DNA of 64,000 nucleotides from Cytophagaceae bacterium (GTDB taxonomy: Bacteria > Bacteroidota > Bacteroidia > Cytophagales > Spirosomataceae). The notes beneath the pieces are model-generated. The model was not told the origin of the DNA and did no database searches. It saw nothing but the letters and a program-made list of their open reading frames with translations. Of this stretch, positions 46,048-56,888 are shown piece by piece (the stretch's first letter is position 1; the number at the start of each line of letters is the position of its first letter). The stretch lies in NCBI GenBank assembly GCA_027486845.1, contig JAIXOL010000078.1, forward strand, positions 131,047-195,046, in the 5' to 3' direction. The position numbers were made by a program, and so were the translations under genes.

Positions 46048-46347
46048 TTATGATAAAATTTCTACTTCTAAAATCGCACTCTTATTCAATTTCCCGAACA
46101 AATGAGGAAAAAATTCATTATTTGTTGCCTGTTCATATTTTAATTCTGCAAAAAGTTTCTCTGAATCAATATGAAGCTTAAGTAGATTACGTTGACCAAC
46201 GTAGTAGCGTTCTAAAACACCTGCAACTTGTTCGGTTGTACTTAGGTGTATGAATGTTTCTTCATTGAAAGTTGGACTTTCATAATAATCCAAACTTTCA
46301 AATTTTGCCCACCATTCTTCAGTTGTAACATGATAAATCGTAGCCAT
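46048..46347 (-). CDS. DUF952 domain protein
   Basis: 99-aa ORF. The MATIYHVTT...FIHLST...FPHLFGKLN pattern is typical of DUF952. Confidence 0.65.
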   Translation of the reverse strand: MATIYHVTTEEWWAKFESLDYYESPTFNEETFIHLSTTEQVAGVLERYYVGQRNLLKLHIDSEKLFAELKYEQATNNEFFPHLFGKLNKSAILEVEILS

Positions 46348-46375
46348 TTTAGCGTTTTTTGTATGTTTTTATAAA

Positions 46376-46406
46376 CTGATTAAGTTAAGAAGTTTAACTT
46401 AATCAG
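46376..46406 (-). terminator. Hairpin downstream of the VOC gene
   Basis: CTGATTAAGTT-AAGAAGTTT-AACTTAATCAG, an 11-bp perfect stem with a weak U-tract. Confidence 0.45.
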
Positions 46407-46452
46407 ATATTAAGTCTTTTTTACTGTGAACTTGAAAGTTCGCTCTACTGCT

Positions 46453-47490
46453 CTATGCTTTTACTTTTCCCCAACCCATGGTAGAAACCATCCAGTCGGG
46501 CAGTGGTTTTTGGGTTTTGCGTTTTTTTAGATTCAAATACCATCCAATTTTTTTTAAAACTGGTACTCGGTGTGTTTCTACAAATTCAATTAATGTGCCA
46601 TCAGGGTCTTCTAAATACGTAAAACGTCCGCCTGCTTCGCCCATATCGAAAGTATCGTCACTATCAACCGTAAAAGGAAAGCCATTAGCTTCGCATTTCT
46701 TCTTGAGTGAGTCCATGTCAAGAGTATCGAAACAAACATGAATGAAACCTAAATCGCCCCAGCTTCGGTCTTCAAAAATGGTTTTTGGCGAGCCTTCAAG
46801 TGTTTGTACTAATTCAATTTCAACATTTCCGAGTAATCTACTAAAAGCCCCAGTATTGTTCATCGGCTTTTTCAGAAGCACCCTGCGAAATTGTTTTTTA
46901 TCGGCATTTAGTTCTTTCAAATCATCGAAATGACCAGTTTTATCATAGACTACTTCGCTGATTTGTAATATATCTTTATATAGTTTAAGTGCTTTGTCAA
47001 TATCACTAACGCCAATTATTACGCCTAAAACCCCACCTGTTATACTCTCTTTTGGTTTAAACCATGAATTATCCTGAACGATTTGGAGTTGATTGCCATA
47101 GCTATCTTTGAGCCATGTTATTGGTTTACCTTCTGGTGATTGAGTAGTTGAGAGTTGCTGACTAAGGGCAAATTGCTTTATATCTGAACATTTAATTTTT
47201 ACGGCAAAAATACCTAAATCGCCAATTTGTGGTTCAAAATCTGCTGCCAATGGTTCTGGCCTATTTGATTGCCAAATTTCGGCACCACCACCACCTGCCA
47301 TATTAAGTGCTAAAATTGCTCGGCGTTGACGAACATTGCCCTTTGTATAGCGTGTCATGAGAGTTGCTTCGGCAACATCATCAAAAAGAGGGACATTGAG
47401 CCCTAGGGTTTTATTATACCAACTAAATGCTTCTTGGGCATTACGCACACCGATTCCAACTTGCTGAATTCCACTAATCAAATCTGACAT
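46453..47490 (-). CDS. Two-module VOC (glyoxalase/dioxygenase superfamily) protein
   Basis: 345-aa ORF with repeated beta-alpha-beta-beta-beta modules (IQQVGIGVRNAQEAFSWY, VLGVIIGVSDIDKALKLY, GFIHVCFD...YLEDPDGTLIEF). Confidence 0.7.
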   Translation of the reverse strand: MSDLISGIQQVGIGVRNAQEAFSWYNKTLGLNVPLFDDVAEATLMTRYTKGNVRQRRAILALNMAGGGGAEIWQSNRPEPLAADFEPQIGDLGIFAVKIKCSDIKQFALSQQLSTTQSPEGKPITWLKDSYGNQLQIVQDNSWFKPKESITGGVLGVIIGVSDIDKALKLYKDILQISEVVYDKTGHFDDLKELNADKKQFRRVLLKKPMNNTGAFSRLLGNVEIELVQTLEGSPKTIFEDRSWGDLGFIHVCFDTLDMDSLKKKCEANGFPFTVDSDDTFDMGEAGGRFTYLEDPDGTLIEFVETHRVPVLKKIGWYLNLKKRKTQKPLPDWMVSTMGWGKVKA

Positions 47491-47568
47491 ATTCTATTTA
47501 ATAGGAGTTTTTAATGATTTTTTCTCTATGACACTTTAATAGTAAATTTCTCCTAAAAATATCATATT

Positions 47569-48270
47569 TCATTCTCGGTAATCTAACATTCGGTGATATG
47601 TTTCCATCATTTCTTCCTGAGAAGCCTTTCCACTTAGAAACATCCGCATGACTTTTAAATTTGCTTTCTGAACCCGAAGATAGGAATTAGTTTTGTATTT
47701 TCGGGCAGAAACGACTACATTTTTAGGAATAATCTTGAATTTGAGCACTTTTTTTGCTCGAATTATAAATTCATAATCTTCCATAATTTGATAATCGTCT
47801 CTGAATTTACCAACTTTCAGGAAATCTTTTTTGCGAATAAAGAGTGTTTGGTCACCACCACGACACCAAATAAATGGCATGCGTGTACAGAACGCATTGA
47901 CTTTCAAAAGCCAATCATCGGTATCGAATTGATAACGATAACAGCCAAAATCATGTCCGCTGTTAATTGCATTTACAATATCAAAAGCATAGTCAGGGTT
48001 TACTTTTATATCTGCATGAACAAAATATAGAATCTCACCTGTAGCAAGAGAAGCACCAAAATTCATCTGAAAAGCCCTTCCTTTTTGAGGAGATTTCTGA
48101 GCAATCGCACCTAGTTTCTGAGCAATTTCTTTTGTAGTATCGGTCGAATTTGGCGAATCTGCAATAATTATTTCATGAAGGTGCTTTTCCCCATAAATCT
48201 TTAAGGATTCGATGAGACAACCAATATTGTCGGCTTCATTATAAGTTGGTATGATTACGCTTATTTTCAA
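47569..48270 (-). CDS. Family 2 glycosyltransferase
   Basis: 233-aa ORF. Motifs: ISVIIPTYNEADNI, IIADSPNSTD and FVHAD (the DxD equivalent). Confidence 0.8.
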   Translation of the reverse strand: MKISVIIPTYNEADNIGCLIESLKIYGEKHLHEIIIADSPNSTDTTKEIAQKLGAIAQKSPQKGRAFQMNFGASLATGEILYFVHADIKVNPDYAFDIVNAINSGHDFGCYRYQFDTDDWLLKVNAFCTRMPFIWCRGGDQTLFIRKKDFLKVGKFRDDYQIMEDYEFIIRAKKVLKFKIIPKNVVVSARKYKTNSYLRVQKANLKVMRMFLSGKASQEEMMETYHRMLDYRE

Positions 48271-48360
48271 CAGATTCGGAGCAAGTTTATCTAAGAAAAA
48301 TAAAGTTAATGACGATATTTACGAATTAAAAACATTTTAAGATTTTAAAAAAGTAAATCC

Positions 48361-49884
48361 ATGAAAATATTGTCGGTTGAACAAATCAGAAAAGCGGATG
48401 CCTTTACCATTCAATATGAGCCAATAACCTCTATTGACTTGATGGAACGTGCTTCAAGAGGATTTGTTAATTGGTTTTGTGAAAATATTGAACAAGGGAA
48501 TTTCAAGGTAAAAATATTTTGTGGACTCGGCGATAATGGAGGTGACGGTTTGGCAATAGCCCGAATGCTGCAACTTTTGGGTTATGATTTAGAAGTATAT
48601 GTGGTAAAATATTCAGAAAAAAACTCAGAAAATTTTCAGACTAATCAAAAACGTTTGGAAAGACAATTGACTATAAATTACATTGAAAATGAAGAGTTTA
48701 TCCTTGATTTTGATAAAAATGACAAAATTATTGATGCACTTTTAGGTTCAGGATTATCAAGGTCGGTCGATGGCCTATTGAAATCAGTAATCGAAAAAAT
48801 AAATAGGAGTGAAGCTAACATTTTTGCGGTTGATATGCCTTCGGGTTTGTTTGCAGATAAACCTAATCAATCAACTGATGCGATTATCAAAGCAACTAAT
48901 ACAATTGCTTTTCAATTACCAAAAGTTGCTTTTTTGTTGCCACAAAATGAAGAATTTGTAGGTGATTGGCACTTAGTAGATATTGGTTTGGACTATGATT
49001 TTATAGAACATGCACAAACACATTATTATTTTTCAACACCAAAAGAGGTGAAGAAATTAATTAAACCTCGTCAAAAATTTTCACATAAAGGTATATTTGG
49101 GCATGTTTTGCTCATTGCAGGAAGTCATGGAATGATGGGGGCGGCTGTTCTTGCAGCTCGTGCGTGTATGCGTTCGGGCGTTGGAAAACTTACTGTGCAT
49201 TCAGTAAAATCTGGCTTGCCAATTATGCAAACGTTATTACCAGAGGCGATGTATTGGGAAGCATGGAATTATAAAAGTGTCGATTTTATTGCGACGAAGT
49301 TTCATGCGGATGAGTTTCGTAATCGATATCAAGCTGTTGGAGTTGGGCCTGGAATCGGTGTTAATGGAAATATCAAAACGAGTTTGGAAAAACTCTGCGA
49401 AATTTGTCAAGAATTAGCCATTCCAATGGTTTTGGATGCTGATGCTCTTAATAATTTTTCGATTGAAAAAGGACAATTAGCAATGAAGAAAATTCCTGAA
49501 AACTCAATTCTGACGCCACACCCAAAAGAATTCAAAAATCTAATTGGCAAATTTTGGAAAAATGATTTTGAAAAGTTGGAATTATTACGTGAATTTTCGA
49601 CTAGTCATAAACTAATTGTTTGTCTGAAAGGAGCTAATACTGCCGTTGCCTTGCCCGATGGCACAATTCATTTTAATTCTTCCGGTAATGCAGGAATGGC
49701 AACCGCAGGAAGTGGTGATGTGCTTACTGGAATCATTGCTGCCTTACTCGCTCAAGGATATACACCGCAAGAATCGGCAATTTTGGGCGTTTATCAACAT
49801 GGTGTAGCGGGTGACCTTGCTGCTGGAAAATATGGTATGATAAGCATGATTGCCAGCGATATTGTTGAAAATATTAGATTTTAA
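48361..49884 (+). CDS. nnr: Bifunctional NAD(P)H-hydrate repair enzyme (epimerase / ADP-dependent dehydratase)
   Basis: 507-aa ORF with an N-terminal YjeF_N domain (CGLGDNGGDGLAIAR). The C-terminal carbohydrate-kinase domain has KGIFGHVLLIAGSHGMMGAAVLAARA and GSGDVLTG. Confidence 0.9.
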   Translation: MKILSVEQIRKADAFTIQYEPITSIDLMERASRGFVNWFCENIEQGNFKVKIFCGLGDNGGDGLAIARMLQLLGYDLEVYVVKYSEKNSENFQTNQKRLERQLTINYIENEEFILDFDKNDKIIDALLGSGLSRSVDGLLKSVIEKINRSEANIFAVDMPSGLFADKPNQSTDAIIKATNTIAFQLPKVAFLLPQNEEFVGDWHLVDIGLDYDFIEHAQTHYYFSTPKEVKKLIKPRQKFSHKGIFGHVLLIAGSHGMMGAAVLAARACMRSGVGKLTVHSVKSGLPIMQTLLPEAMYWEAWNYKSVDFIATKFHADEFRNRYQAVGVGPGIGVNGNIKTSLEKLCEICQELAIPMVLDADALNNFSIEKGQLAMKKIPENSILTPHPKEFKNLIGKFWKNDFEKLELLREFSTSHKLIVCLKGANTAVALPDGTIHFNSSGNAGMATAGSGDVLTGIIAALLAQGYTPQESAILGVYQHGVAGDLAAGKYGMISMIASDIVENIRF

Positions 49885-49904
49885 TAAGGCGGGGGATTTA
49901 AAGT

Positions 49905-49950
49905 TTAAAAAAAATACCGCTAAAGATTTGAGATTTAGCGGTATTTTATC
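49905..49950. terminator. Bidirectional terminator between convergent nnr and metH
   Basis: AAAAAAAATACCGCTAAA-loop-TTTAGCGGTATTTTAT. Confidence 0.7.
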
Positions 49951-49978
49951 AAAAAAATTGAAATATCTGAATTATATT

Positions 49979-52900
49979 TTAATCATAATTTAAAACTGGA
50001 GCTAGCCATTTTTCAACATCTTCAAGCGGCATGTTTTTGCGTTTTGCGTAATCAACCACTTGGTCTTTGGCAATTTTTCCGATAGTAAAATATTTACTTT
50101 CAGGATGAGAAAAATACCAACCACTTACCGAACTTGCTGGATACATTGCAAAACTTTCGGTCAATTCGATGCCAATTCTTCCTGCATCTAATAAATCAAA
50201 TAAAGCCGTTTTTTCAGTATGGTCAGGACAAGCAGGATAACCTGGTGCTGGTCGAATACCTTGGTATTTTTCTGAAATCAATTCATCATTTGTAAAAGTT
50301 TCGCTTGATACATAACCCCAAAACTCAGTTCTTACTCGCTCGTGCATCAATTCAGTAAATGCTTCTGCCAAACGGTCGGCAATTGATTTGAGCATAATTG
50401 ATTGATAATCATCATGGTCGTTTTCATAGTGTTCGAGTAATGTTTCGATACCCAAACCTGCTGTTATTGCAAAACCACCAATGTAATCATCGCCTTCACC
50501 TAATGGAGAAATATAATCACTTAGACACAAATTTGGTAAGTTTTGGGCTTTTAAATTCTGCTGACGAAGTTGATGCAAAATAGCCAATGGAGTGTTTTCA
50601 ACCAATTCGCCGCTTTCTGAAACCGCTTTTTCACTTAAAATTCGATAACCTGTATTTTTCAATGCACCTTGTCCTGCTGCATTGTATTCGTAAGCTTCAA
50701 AATTATGTAAAACAATATCATCTCCTACCGAATTGGCAGGATAAAAACCAACTACAGCTTTTGCTTTTAATGACTTTTCGGCAATTACTTTTTTTAGCAT
50801 TTCTTGGGCATCATCGTAGAGTTTTTTGGCCTCTTTCCCTACGGTTTCATCGTCAAAAATTTTCGGATATTTACCTGATAATTGCCAAGTTTGGAAAAAT
50901 GGCGTCCAGTCAATGTATTTGGCAATTTCGGCTAAATCATAATCATCAAAAACTTTCGTTCCTAAAAACTTTGGTTTGGTTGCTTTATAATTACTCCAAT
51001 CAATTTTTACATGATTTTCTCTTGCTTTTTCAATCGGAATGAAATTTTTATCTTTTTGACGACTTGCGTGGTCAATTCTCAGCTGAGCATATTGTGCTTT
51101 TATTTCATCAAAAATATCTTGGCTTGTCTGCTCGTTCTGCATCAAACGCCCAGCAACAGGCACACTTTTTGACGCATCTAATACATGAATTACTGGTCCA
51201 GAATAATGTGGATCAATTTTCACCGCAGTATGAATTCGAGAAGTCGTGGCTCCACCAATCAACAAAGGAACTTTGAATCCTTGACGCTCCATTTCTTTAG
51301 CAACTCCTACCATTTCGTCCAAGCTTGGGGTAATTAAACCACTCAAACCGATGATGTCAACGTTGTGCTTTTTGGCTTCCTCCAATATTTTATTGGTTGG
51401 CACCATCACACCCAAATCTATGATTTCGTAGTTATTACAAGCCAAAACTACCCCAACGATGTTTTTGCCAATATCGTGTACGTCGCCTTTTACAGTTGCA
51501 AGTAAGATTTTTCCTGCATTTGATGAAGTTTCTGCTTCACCTTCAACTTTATTGAGCAATTTCTCTTCTTCAATAAATGGCAATAAATATGCAACGGCCT
51601 TTTTCATTACCCTCGCTGACTTTACTACTTGTGGCAAAAACATTTTTCCTTCGCCAAACAAATCTCCGACCACGTTCATACCATCCATCAATGGACCTTC
51701 GATTACATGAAGAGGTTTATCAAAACCTTGACGGGCTTCTTCTACATCTTCATCAATAAATTCGGTCAGACCTTTAATCAAGGCATGCTCTAAGCGTTTA
51801 CCAACTGGCAATTCTCGCCAAGCGTTATCAACCACAGCCTCTTTTCCTTTCGATTTTACGGTTTCGGCAAAAGTTACCAAACGCTCGGTAGCATCTTCAC
51901 GGCGGTTCAATAGTACATCCTCGCAAAGCTCCAACATGTCTTTCGGAATATCATCATAAACGCCCAATTGCCCTGCATTTACGATACCCATATCCATACC
52001 AGCCTTGATGGCGTGGTATAGGAAAATTGTATGCATTGCCTCACGAACTGGCTCATTTCCTCTGAAACTAAATGAAATATTAGAAACTCCACCTGAAACT
52101 TTAGCATAAGGTAAGTTTTCTTTTATCCAACGAGTGGCGTTTATGAAATCAACTGCGTAATTATTATGTTCTTCTAAACCAGTTGCAACCGTTAAGATAT
52201 TTGGGTCGAAAATTATATCTTCTGGAGGGAAATTGACTTCATTTACTAAAATATCATATGCTCTTTTACAAATTGCAATTCTACGTTCATAAGAATCTGC
52301 TTGTCCAACTTCATCAAAAGCCATTACCACTGTCGAAGCACCATAACGTTTTACTTTTTCTGCCGTTTCTCTAAATTTAGCCTCACCTTCTTTTAATGAA
52401 ATTGAGTTGACGATAGATTTTCCTTGAACACATTTCAAGCCGGCTTCAATAACCTCCCATTTAGATGAGTCTATCATCAAAGGTAATCTTGAGATATCTG
52501 GCTCTGCGGCAATTAAATTTAAGAATGTTGTCATGGCTTCTACGCCATCAATCATTCCTTCATCGAGGTTTACATCAATGATTTGAGCTCCATTTTCTGC
52601 CTGATTTCTCGCAACAGAAAGAGCATCATCATATTTTCCTTCACGAATCAAACGTGCAAAAGCCTTTGATCCAGTAACGTTACATCTCTCACCAACGTTG
52701 ATAAAATTAGTTTCCTTTGTCATTTTTAAAGGTTCTAATCCCGATACTTTTTGAATCGGTTCAAAAGTTGGAATGATACGTGGTTTATATTTTGCCGAAA
52801 CTTCCGCAATTGCTTTTATGTGAGCAGGCGTTGTACCACAACAGCCCCCAATAATATTCATAAAACCACTTTGCAAGAAATCTTCAACAATCACTGCCAT

Positions 52901-53833
52901 TTCCTCAGGCGATTGATCATATTCACCCATTTCATTTGGTAAGCCCGCATTTGGGTGAGCCGAAACCATGAATGGGGCTTCGTTAGCTAAAATCTGCACA
53001 TAGGGACGCATTAAATCTGCTCCCAAAGCACAGTTTAAACCGATTGACAATAAATCTATGTGCGAAACCGAAGTCAAAAATGCCTCAGTTGTTTGTCCCG
53101 ATAAAGTTCTTCCAGATGCATCGGTGATTGTTCCCGATACCATTACGGGAATGTTTTTTTCTACAAATTTCAGCAAATCTGTTCTTGTTTGCTGTTCCAT
53201 TGAAGTACTTTTCAATGGTTTTATGGTATTATGTTTTACATCAAAAGCAAACAAATCAATCGCAAAAAGAGCGGCTTTTGCATTGAGCGTATCAAAAATG
53301 GTTTCTACCAATAATAAATCTGCACCGCCATCAACCAAACCTTGGATTTGCTCGTAATATGCTTCAACTAATTCATCAAAAGTAATAGCACGAAAACCTG
53401 GGTCGTTTACATCAGGAGAAAGTGAAAGCGTACGATTAGTTGGCCCAATTGAACCAGCAGCAAAACGAGGTTTTGATGGATTTTTAGCGGTGAATTCGTC
53501 GGCTACTTCACGAGCAATTTTGGCAGATTGATAATTCAATTCATATACATAATCTTCCATGTGATAATCAGCCATTGCGATTGACGTTCCAGAAAAAGTA
53601 TTCGTTTCGGCAATATCAGCTCCTGCGTCAAAGTATTTGGCATGAATTTCTTTGATAACTTCTGGTTTCGTGATTGAAAGCATATCGTTATTGCCTTTCA
53701 CTTCATGCGGAAAATCTTTGAATTTCTCGCCACGATAATCAGCATCAGATAATTTGTATTCTTGAATCAACGAACCCATTGCACCATCAAGGACAAGGAT
53801 TCTATCTTTTAGTATTTCTCGGATGTTAGCCAC
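49979..53833 (-). CDS. metH: Cobalamin-dependent methionine synthase
   Basis: 1284-aa ORF containing Hcy-binding (GGCCGTTP), pterin-binding, B12-binding ([11 protein letters not shown]) and AdoMet-activation domains. Confidence 0.95.
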   Translation of the reverse strand: MANIREILKDRILVLDGAMGSLIQEYKLSDADYRGEKFKDFPHEVKGNNDMLSITKPEVIKEIHAKYFDAGADIAETNTFSGTSIAMADYHMEDYVYELNYQSAKIAREVADEFTAKNPSKPRFAAGSIGPTNRTLSLSPDVNDPGFRAITFDELVEAYYEQIQGLVDGGADLLLVETIFDTLNAKAALFAIDLFAFDVKHNTIKPLKSTSMEQQTRTDLLKFVEKNIPVMVSGTITDASGRTLSGQTTEAFLTSVSHIDLLSIGLNCALGADLMRPYVQILANEAPFMVSAHPNAGLPNEMGEYDQSPEEMAVIVEDFLQSGFMNIIGGCCGTTPAHIKAIAEVSAKYKPRIIPTFEPIQKVSGLEPLKMTKETNFINVGERCNVTGSKAFARLIREGKYDDALSVARNQAENGAQIIDVNLDEGMIDGVEAMTTFLNLIAAEPDISRLPLMIDSSKWEVIEAGLKCVQGKSIVNSISLKEGEAKFRETAEKVKRYGASTVVMAFDEVGQADSYERRIAICKRAYDILVNEVNFPPEDIIFDPNILTVATGLEEHNNYAVDFINATRWIKENLPYAKVSGGVSNISFSFRGNEPVREAMHTIFLYHAIKAGMDMGIVNAGQLGVYDDIPKDMLELCEDVLLNRREDATERLVTFAETVKSKGKEAVVDNAWRELPVGKRLEHALIKGLTEFIDEDVEEARQGFDKPLHVIEGPLMDGMNVVGDLFGEGKMFLPQVVKSARVMKKAVAYLLPFIEEEKLLNKVEGEAETSSNAGKILLATVKGDVHDIGKNIVGVVLACNNYEIIDLGVMVPTNKILEEAKKHNVDIIGLSGLITPSLDEMVGVAKEMERQGFKVPLLIGGATTSRIHTAVKIDPHYSGPVIHVLDASKSVPVAGRLMQNEQTSQDIFDEIKAQYAQLRIDHASRQKDKNFIPIEKARENHVKIDWSNYKATKPKFLGTKVFDDYDLAEIAKYIDWTPFFQTWQLSGKYPKIFDDETVGKEAKKLYDDAQEMLKKVIAEKSLKAKAVVGFYPANSVGDDIVLHNFEAYEYNAAGQGALKNTGYRILSEKAVSESGELVENTPLAILHQLRQQNLKAQNLPNLCLSDYISPLGEGDDYIGGFAITAGLGIETLLEHYENDHDDYQSIMLKSIADRLAEAFTELMHERVRTEFWGYVSSETFTNDELISEKYQGIRPAPGYPACPDHTEKTALFDLLDAGRIGIELTESFAMYPASSVSGWYFSHPESKYFTIGKIAKDQVVDYAKRKNMPLEDVEKWLAPVLNYD

Positions 53834-54045
53834 TTTTTACCTTATTTTTATTTAAAAAAAGCAATCACAATTAAGAAAATTATGTTACCTAAGAATAACA
53901 AAATTTATCTTACAAAAGTACGATTTAAAGATTGATTTTTTAAATATTTTATAAAAAATAGATAAATTATCTAAAATTACGTTGTTTGCTACGGTTTTTA
54001 TTTTTAATTTTGACATAAATATTTGATAAAAACGACATTTTATCT

Positions 54046-54507
54046 ATGCAAAAATTAGATAGTACTGACCGTGAAATTTTGAAGTCGCTTCAAGAAAATG
54101 CACACCTGACCACTAAAGAACTGGCCTCTCGGTTGAATCTTTCGCCCACACCTGTGTATGAGCGGGTAAGAAGATTGGAGAATGATGGTGTAATAAAAAA
54201 ATACGTAGCCGTTATTGACCGTGAAAAAGTGGGAAAAGACCTGATGGTTTTTTGCAATATTCGACTAAAAGAACATGCCCAAGAAGCAGGCAAAAAGTTT
54301 GTGTTGGAAATTGTGAAACTGAATGAAGTAATTGAATGTCATAATATTTCGGGAGAATACGATTTTATGATAAAAGTAGTGGTTGAAGATATGCGTGAAT
54401 ACCAAAGTTTTTTGATGAATAAACTGGCTTCACTCGAAAATATCGGTAGCACACACAGCACTTTTGTTATGAGTGAGATTAAGAATGAAACGAAGTTGGA
54501 TATATAG
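54046..54507 (+). CDS. Lrp/AsnC family transcriptional regulator
   Basis: 153-aa ORF with the HTH region LDSTDREILKSLQENAHLTTKELASRLNLSPTPVYERVRRLE and a C-terminal RAM domain. Confidence 0.9.
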   Translation: MQKLDSTDREILKSLQENAHLTTKELASRLNLSPTPVYERVRRLENDGVIKKYVAVIDREKVGKDLMVFCNIRLKEHAQEAGKKFVLEIVKLNEVIECHNISGEYDFMIKVVVEDMREYQSFLMNKLASLENIGSTHSTFVMSEIKNETKLDI

Positions 54508-54515
54508 ACAATAGA

Positions 54516-54570
54516 TTTTAGACATGAGACAGGAGAAAATACATTTTTGTCTCTTGTCTCACTTCTAAAA
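54516..54570. terminator. Hairpin between convergent genes, built from GAGACA/TGTCTC units
   Basis: TTTTAGACATGAGACAGG-loop-TTGTCTCTTGTCTCACTTCTAAAA. It uses the same TGTCTC motif seen in the repeat copies at 9269-9288 and 11905-11955. Confidence 0.5.
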
Positions 54571-54577
54571 TCTAATC

Positions 54578-56104
54578 TTAAAAATCAAACTTAATTCCTT
54601 GAGCAAGAGGCAATTGTGTACTATAATTGATAGTATTTGTTTGTCTCCTCATGTAATTTCTCCAGGCATCTGAGCCACTTTCACGACCGCCACCTGTCTC
54701 TTTCTCTCCGCCAAAAGCTCCTCCGATTTCTGCTCCCGAAGTCCCGATATTTACATTTGCAATGCCACAGTCCGAACCAACATAAGATAAAAACTGCTCG
54801 GCTTCACGCATATTTAAGGTAAATATTGATGACGAAAGTCCTTGTGGAACAGCATTTTGTAGCTCGATAGCTTCGTCAAGGGTTTTAAATTTCATTAAAT
54901 ATAAAATCGGTGCAAATGTTTCGTGGCAAACCGTTGGCGTTTGGCTCGCGACTTCTATAATTGTTGGTTTAACGTAACATCCTGATTCAAAGCCTTTTCC
55001 TTCTAAAACTTCATCGCCAAAAAGTACATTTCCGCCTTCTTTTTGAATGTTTTCTATAGCTAATTTATAATTTTTCACAGCATCAATATCAATCAATGGC
55101 CCAACGTGATTGTTCATATCCAGCGGGTCGCCGATTCGGAGTTGAGCATAGATTTTTACTAAACGATTTTTTACTTCTTCAAACATACTTTCGTGCAAAA
55201 ATAAACGTCGAGTGGTTGTACAACGTTGCCCCGCCGTGCCAACTGCACCAAAGACAACAGCCGGAATAACTACTTCTAAATCAGCATTTTGTGTAACAAT
55301 TATGGCATTGTTTCCACCGAGTTCCAATAAACTTTTTCCGAAACGAGCGGCCACTGCTTGGCCAACTTCTTTTCCCATACGAGTAGAGCCAGTTGCTGAA
55401 ATTAAAGCTATATTTGGGTCATTCGTCAGCCATTCACCTACATTAATATCGCCAATAATTAAGCAAGAAACGCCTTCAGGAATATCATTTTTTCGTAAAA
55501 CTTCTTGAATTATATTCTGACAAGCAATAGCAGTCAAAGGCGTTTTTTCTGAAGGTTTCCAAACACAGACATCTCCACAAATCCATGCCAACATGGAATT
55601 CCATGACCACACGGCTACTGGAAAATTGAAAGCTGAAATAATTCCAACAATGCCCAACGGATGCCATTGTTCATACATTCGGTGCTGCGGACGCTCAGAG
55701 TGCATTGTAAGGCCATATAATTGACGAGAAAGTCCGACAGCAAAATCACAAATATCAATCATTTCTTGTACTTCTCCCCAGCCTTCTTGAAGGCTTTTGC
55801 CCATTTCGTAGCTCACTAATCTACCTAAAGCATCTTTGTTTTCACGTAGTGCATCGCCCATTTGTCGCACGATTTCACCACGTTTTGGTGCAGGAACCGT
55901 TCGCCAAACTTTAAATGCAACATTGGCTTTTTCGATAACTTTGTCGTAATCTTCTTTACTGGCTTGATTTACTTGTCCAATCAACTCACCATCAACAGGC
56001 GAATATGAACTCAGTAAACTTCCGCTACCTGTCCAACTTTTTATGCCCGTACTAATTCCGTTGTTGAGTGATTCGATTTTAAGTGTTTTTAATACTTGTT
56101 TCAT
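54578..56104 (-). CDS. Aldehyde dehydrogenase, ALDH7/antiquitin-like (aminoadipate-semialdehyde dehydrogenase type)
   Basis: The start is taken at MKQVLKTL. It has ALDH blocks ([18 protein letters not shown], and the catalytic Cys in [12 protein letters not shown]) and an N-terminus like ALDH7 family members. Confidence 0.8.
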   Translation of the reverse strand: MKQVLKTLKIESLNNGISTGIKSWTGSGSLLSSYSPVDGELIGQVNQASKEDYDKVIEKANVAFKVWRTVPAPKRGEIVRQMGDALRENKDALGRLVSYEMGKSLQEGWGEVQEMIDICDFAVGLSRQLYGLTMHSERPQHRMYEQWHPLGIVGIISAFNFPVAVWSWNSMLAWICGDVCVWKPSEKTPLTAIACQNIIQEVLRKNDIPEGVSCLIIGDINVGEWLTNDPNIALISATGSTRMGKEVGQAVAARFGKSLLELGGNNAIIVTQNADLEVVIPAVVFGAVGTAGQRCTTTRRLFLHESMFEEVKNRLVKIYAQLRIGDPLDMNNHVGPLIDIDAVKNYKLAIENIQKEGGNVLFGDEVLEGKGFESGCYVKPTIIEVASQTPTVCHETFAPILYLMKFKTLDEAIELQNAVPQGLSSSIFTLNMREAEQFLSYVGSDCGIANVNIGTSGAEIGGAFGGEKETGGGRESGSDAWRNYMRRQTNTINYSTQLPLAQGIKFDF

Positions 56105-56138
56105 TGATTTTATTGTTTTTTTGAAGTACATGTATCTA

Positions 56139-56888
56139 CTATTCTATATCAAATAATTTAGCAGGATTTAGCTTAAATTATAGCATATTTACAGTATTTC
56201 TACCGCCATCACCACCTTTTCTTTGCATCGTAATTTTACCGATTTTGAAATTCCCTCTTTCTGTCATTTCTACATTTCCGTTACCAAAATAATTCAGACA
56301 AAAATTCATTGGTTTCAAAATCCATCGTGAATCGGACTTTGTTTTTTGTGCAACCTGCATCCATTCGGCAGCAAATTGACCTCTTCCTTTTAGAATATCA
56401 GAAACTATGAAGGATTGATTATCATTTAGCCAAAGTAAAATGTCACTTTGTTCTTTTTCAGAGAATTCACTGGCAAACATTCTTCTTTTATCCTTTGGAT
56501 TAAGAACATTTGGTTTGATTTCACCTATATATCTTTTTAAAATAGCAGAAATATCAACTGGAATATTCCACATTTCAACGTATTTATCAACCCATCTTTT
56601 ATCTATTTGATTAAATCACTTTGGATTACTTACCAGTTTTACTTGTAAATTTTGGACATCAATTACTTCTTTCAACTTCACAGTAATCTGAGCTTGAACA
56701 TCGGTTTTAAATCCACTCAATTTTACAGCTTTCACATATTCAATTTTAGAAAAATCATATTCCATTATCAAAAGACATTTTTGAGCGTCTTCATCAGTAT
56801 TCCAATTGTTAAATTTATTTACAATGTCATCTTCATTAAGAAAACCATTCTTTGCTGTCTGCGAACCTTTTAATTGTTCTTTGTTCAT
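56139..56888 (-). pseudogene. Type II restriction endonuclease, HinP1I-like, inactivated by two in-frame nonsense codons
   Basis: A single reading frame runs from ATG 56888 to TAG 56139-56141, interrupted only by TGA (56616-56618) and TAA (56178-56180). The first junction reads ...LQVKLVSNPK*FNQIDKRWVDKYVEMWNIPVD.... The second reads ...KDKRRMFASEFSEKEQ...[30 protein letters not shown]. The sequence is collinear over its full length with R.HinP1I as I recall it. Confidence 0.7.

Noticed and set aside
49979-53833. MetH is about 55 residues longer than the E. coli enzyme, with apparent short insertions near [31 protein letters not shown] and in the activation domain
   Set aside because: Loop insertions of this size are common lineage-specific variation, and all four functional modules are intact.
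53834-54045. Cobalamin or SAM riboswitch upstream of metH. I also looked for a purine riboswitch upstream of ade (36600-36743) and guaA, and for a His leader peptide upstream of hisG (22190-22435).
   Set aside because: These leaders are very AT-rich. They show none of the conserved GC-rich cores or paired stems of those riboswitch classes, and no run of His codons. They more likely carry plain promoters, with Lrp-type regulation for metH.
56178-56618. Programmed recoding (TGA read-through or selenocysteine) in the restriction endonuclease gene
   Set aside because: The second interruption is TAA, not TGA. Both stop codons are used as genuine terminators by neighbouring genes, and no SECIS-like hairpin follows the TGA. 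A pseudogene is the simpler reading.
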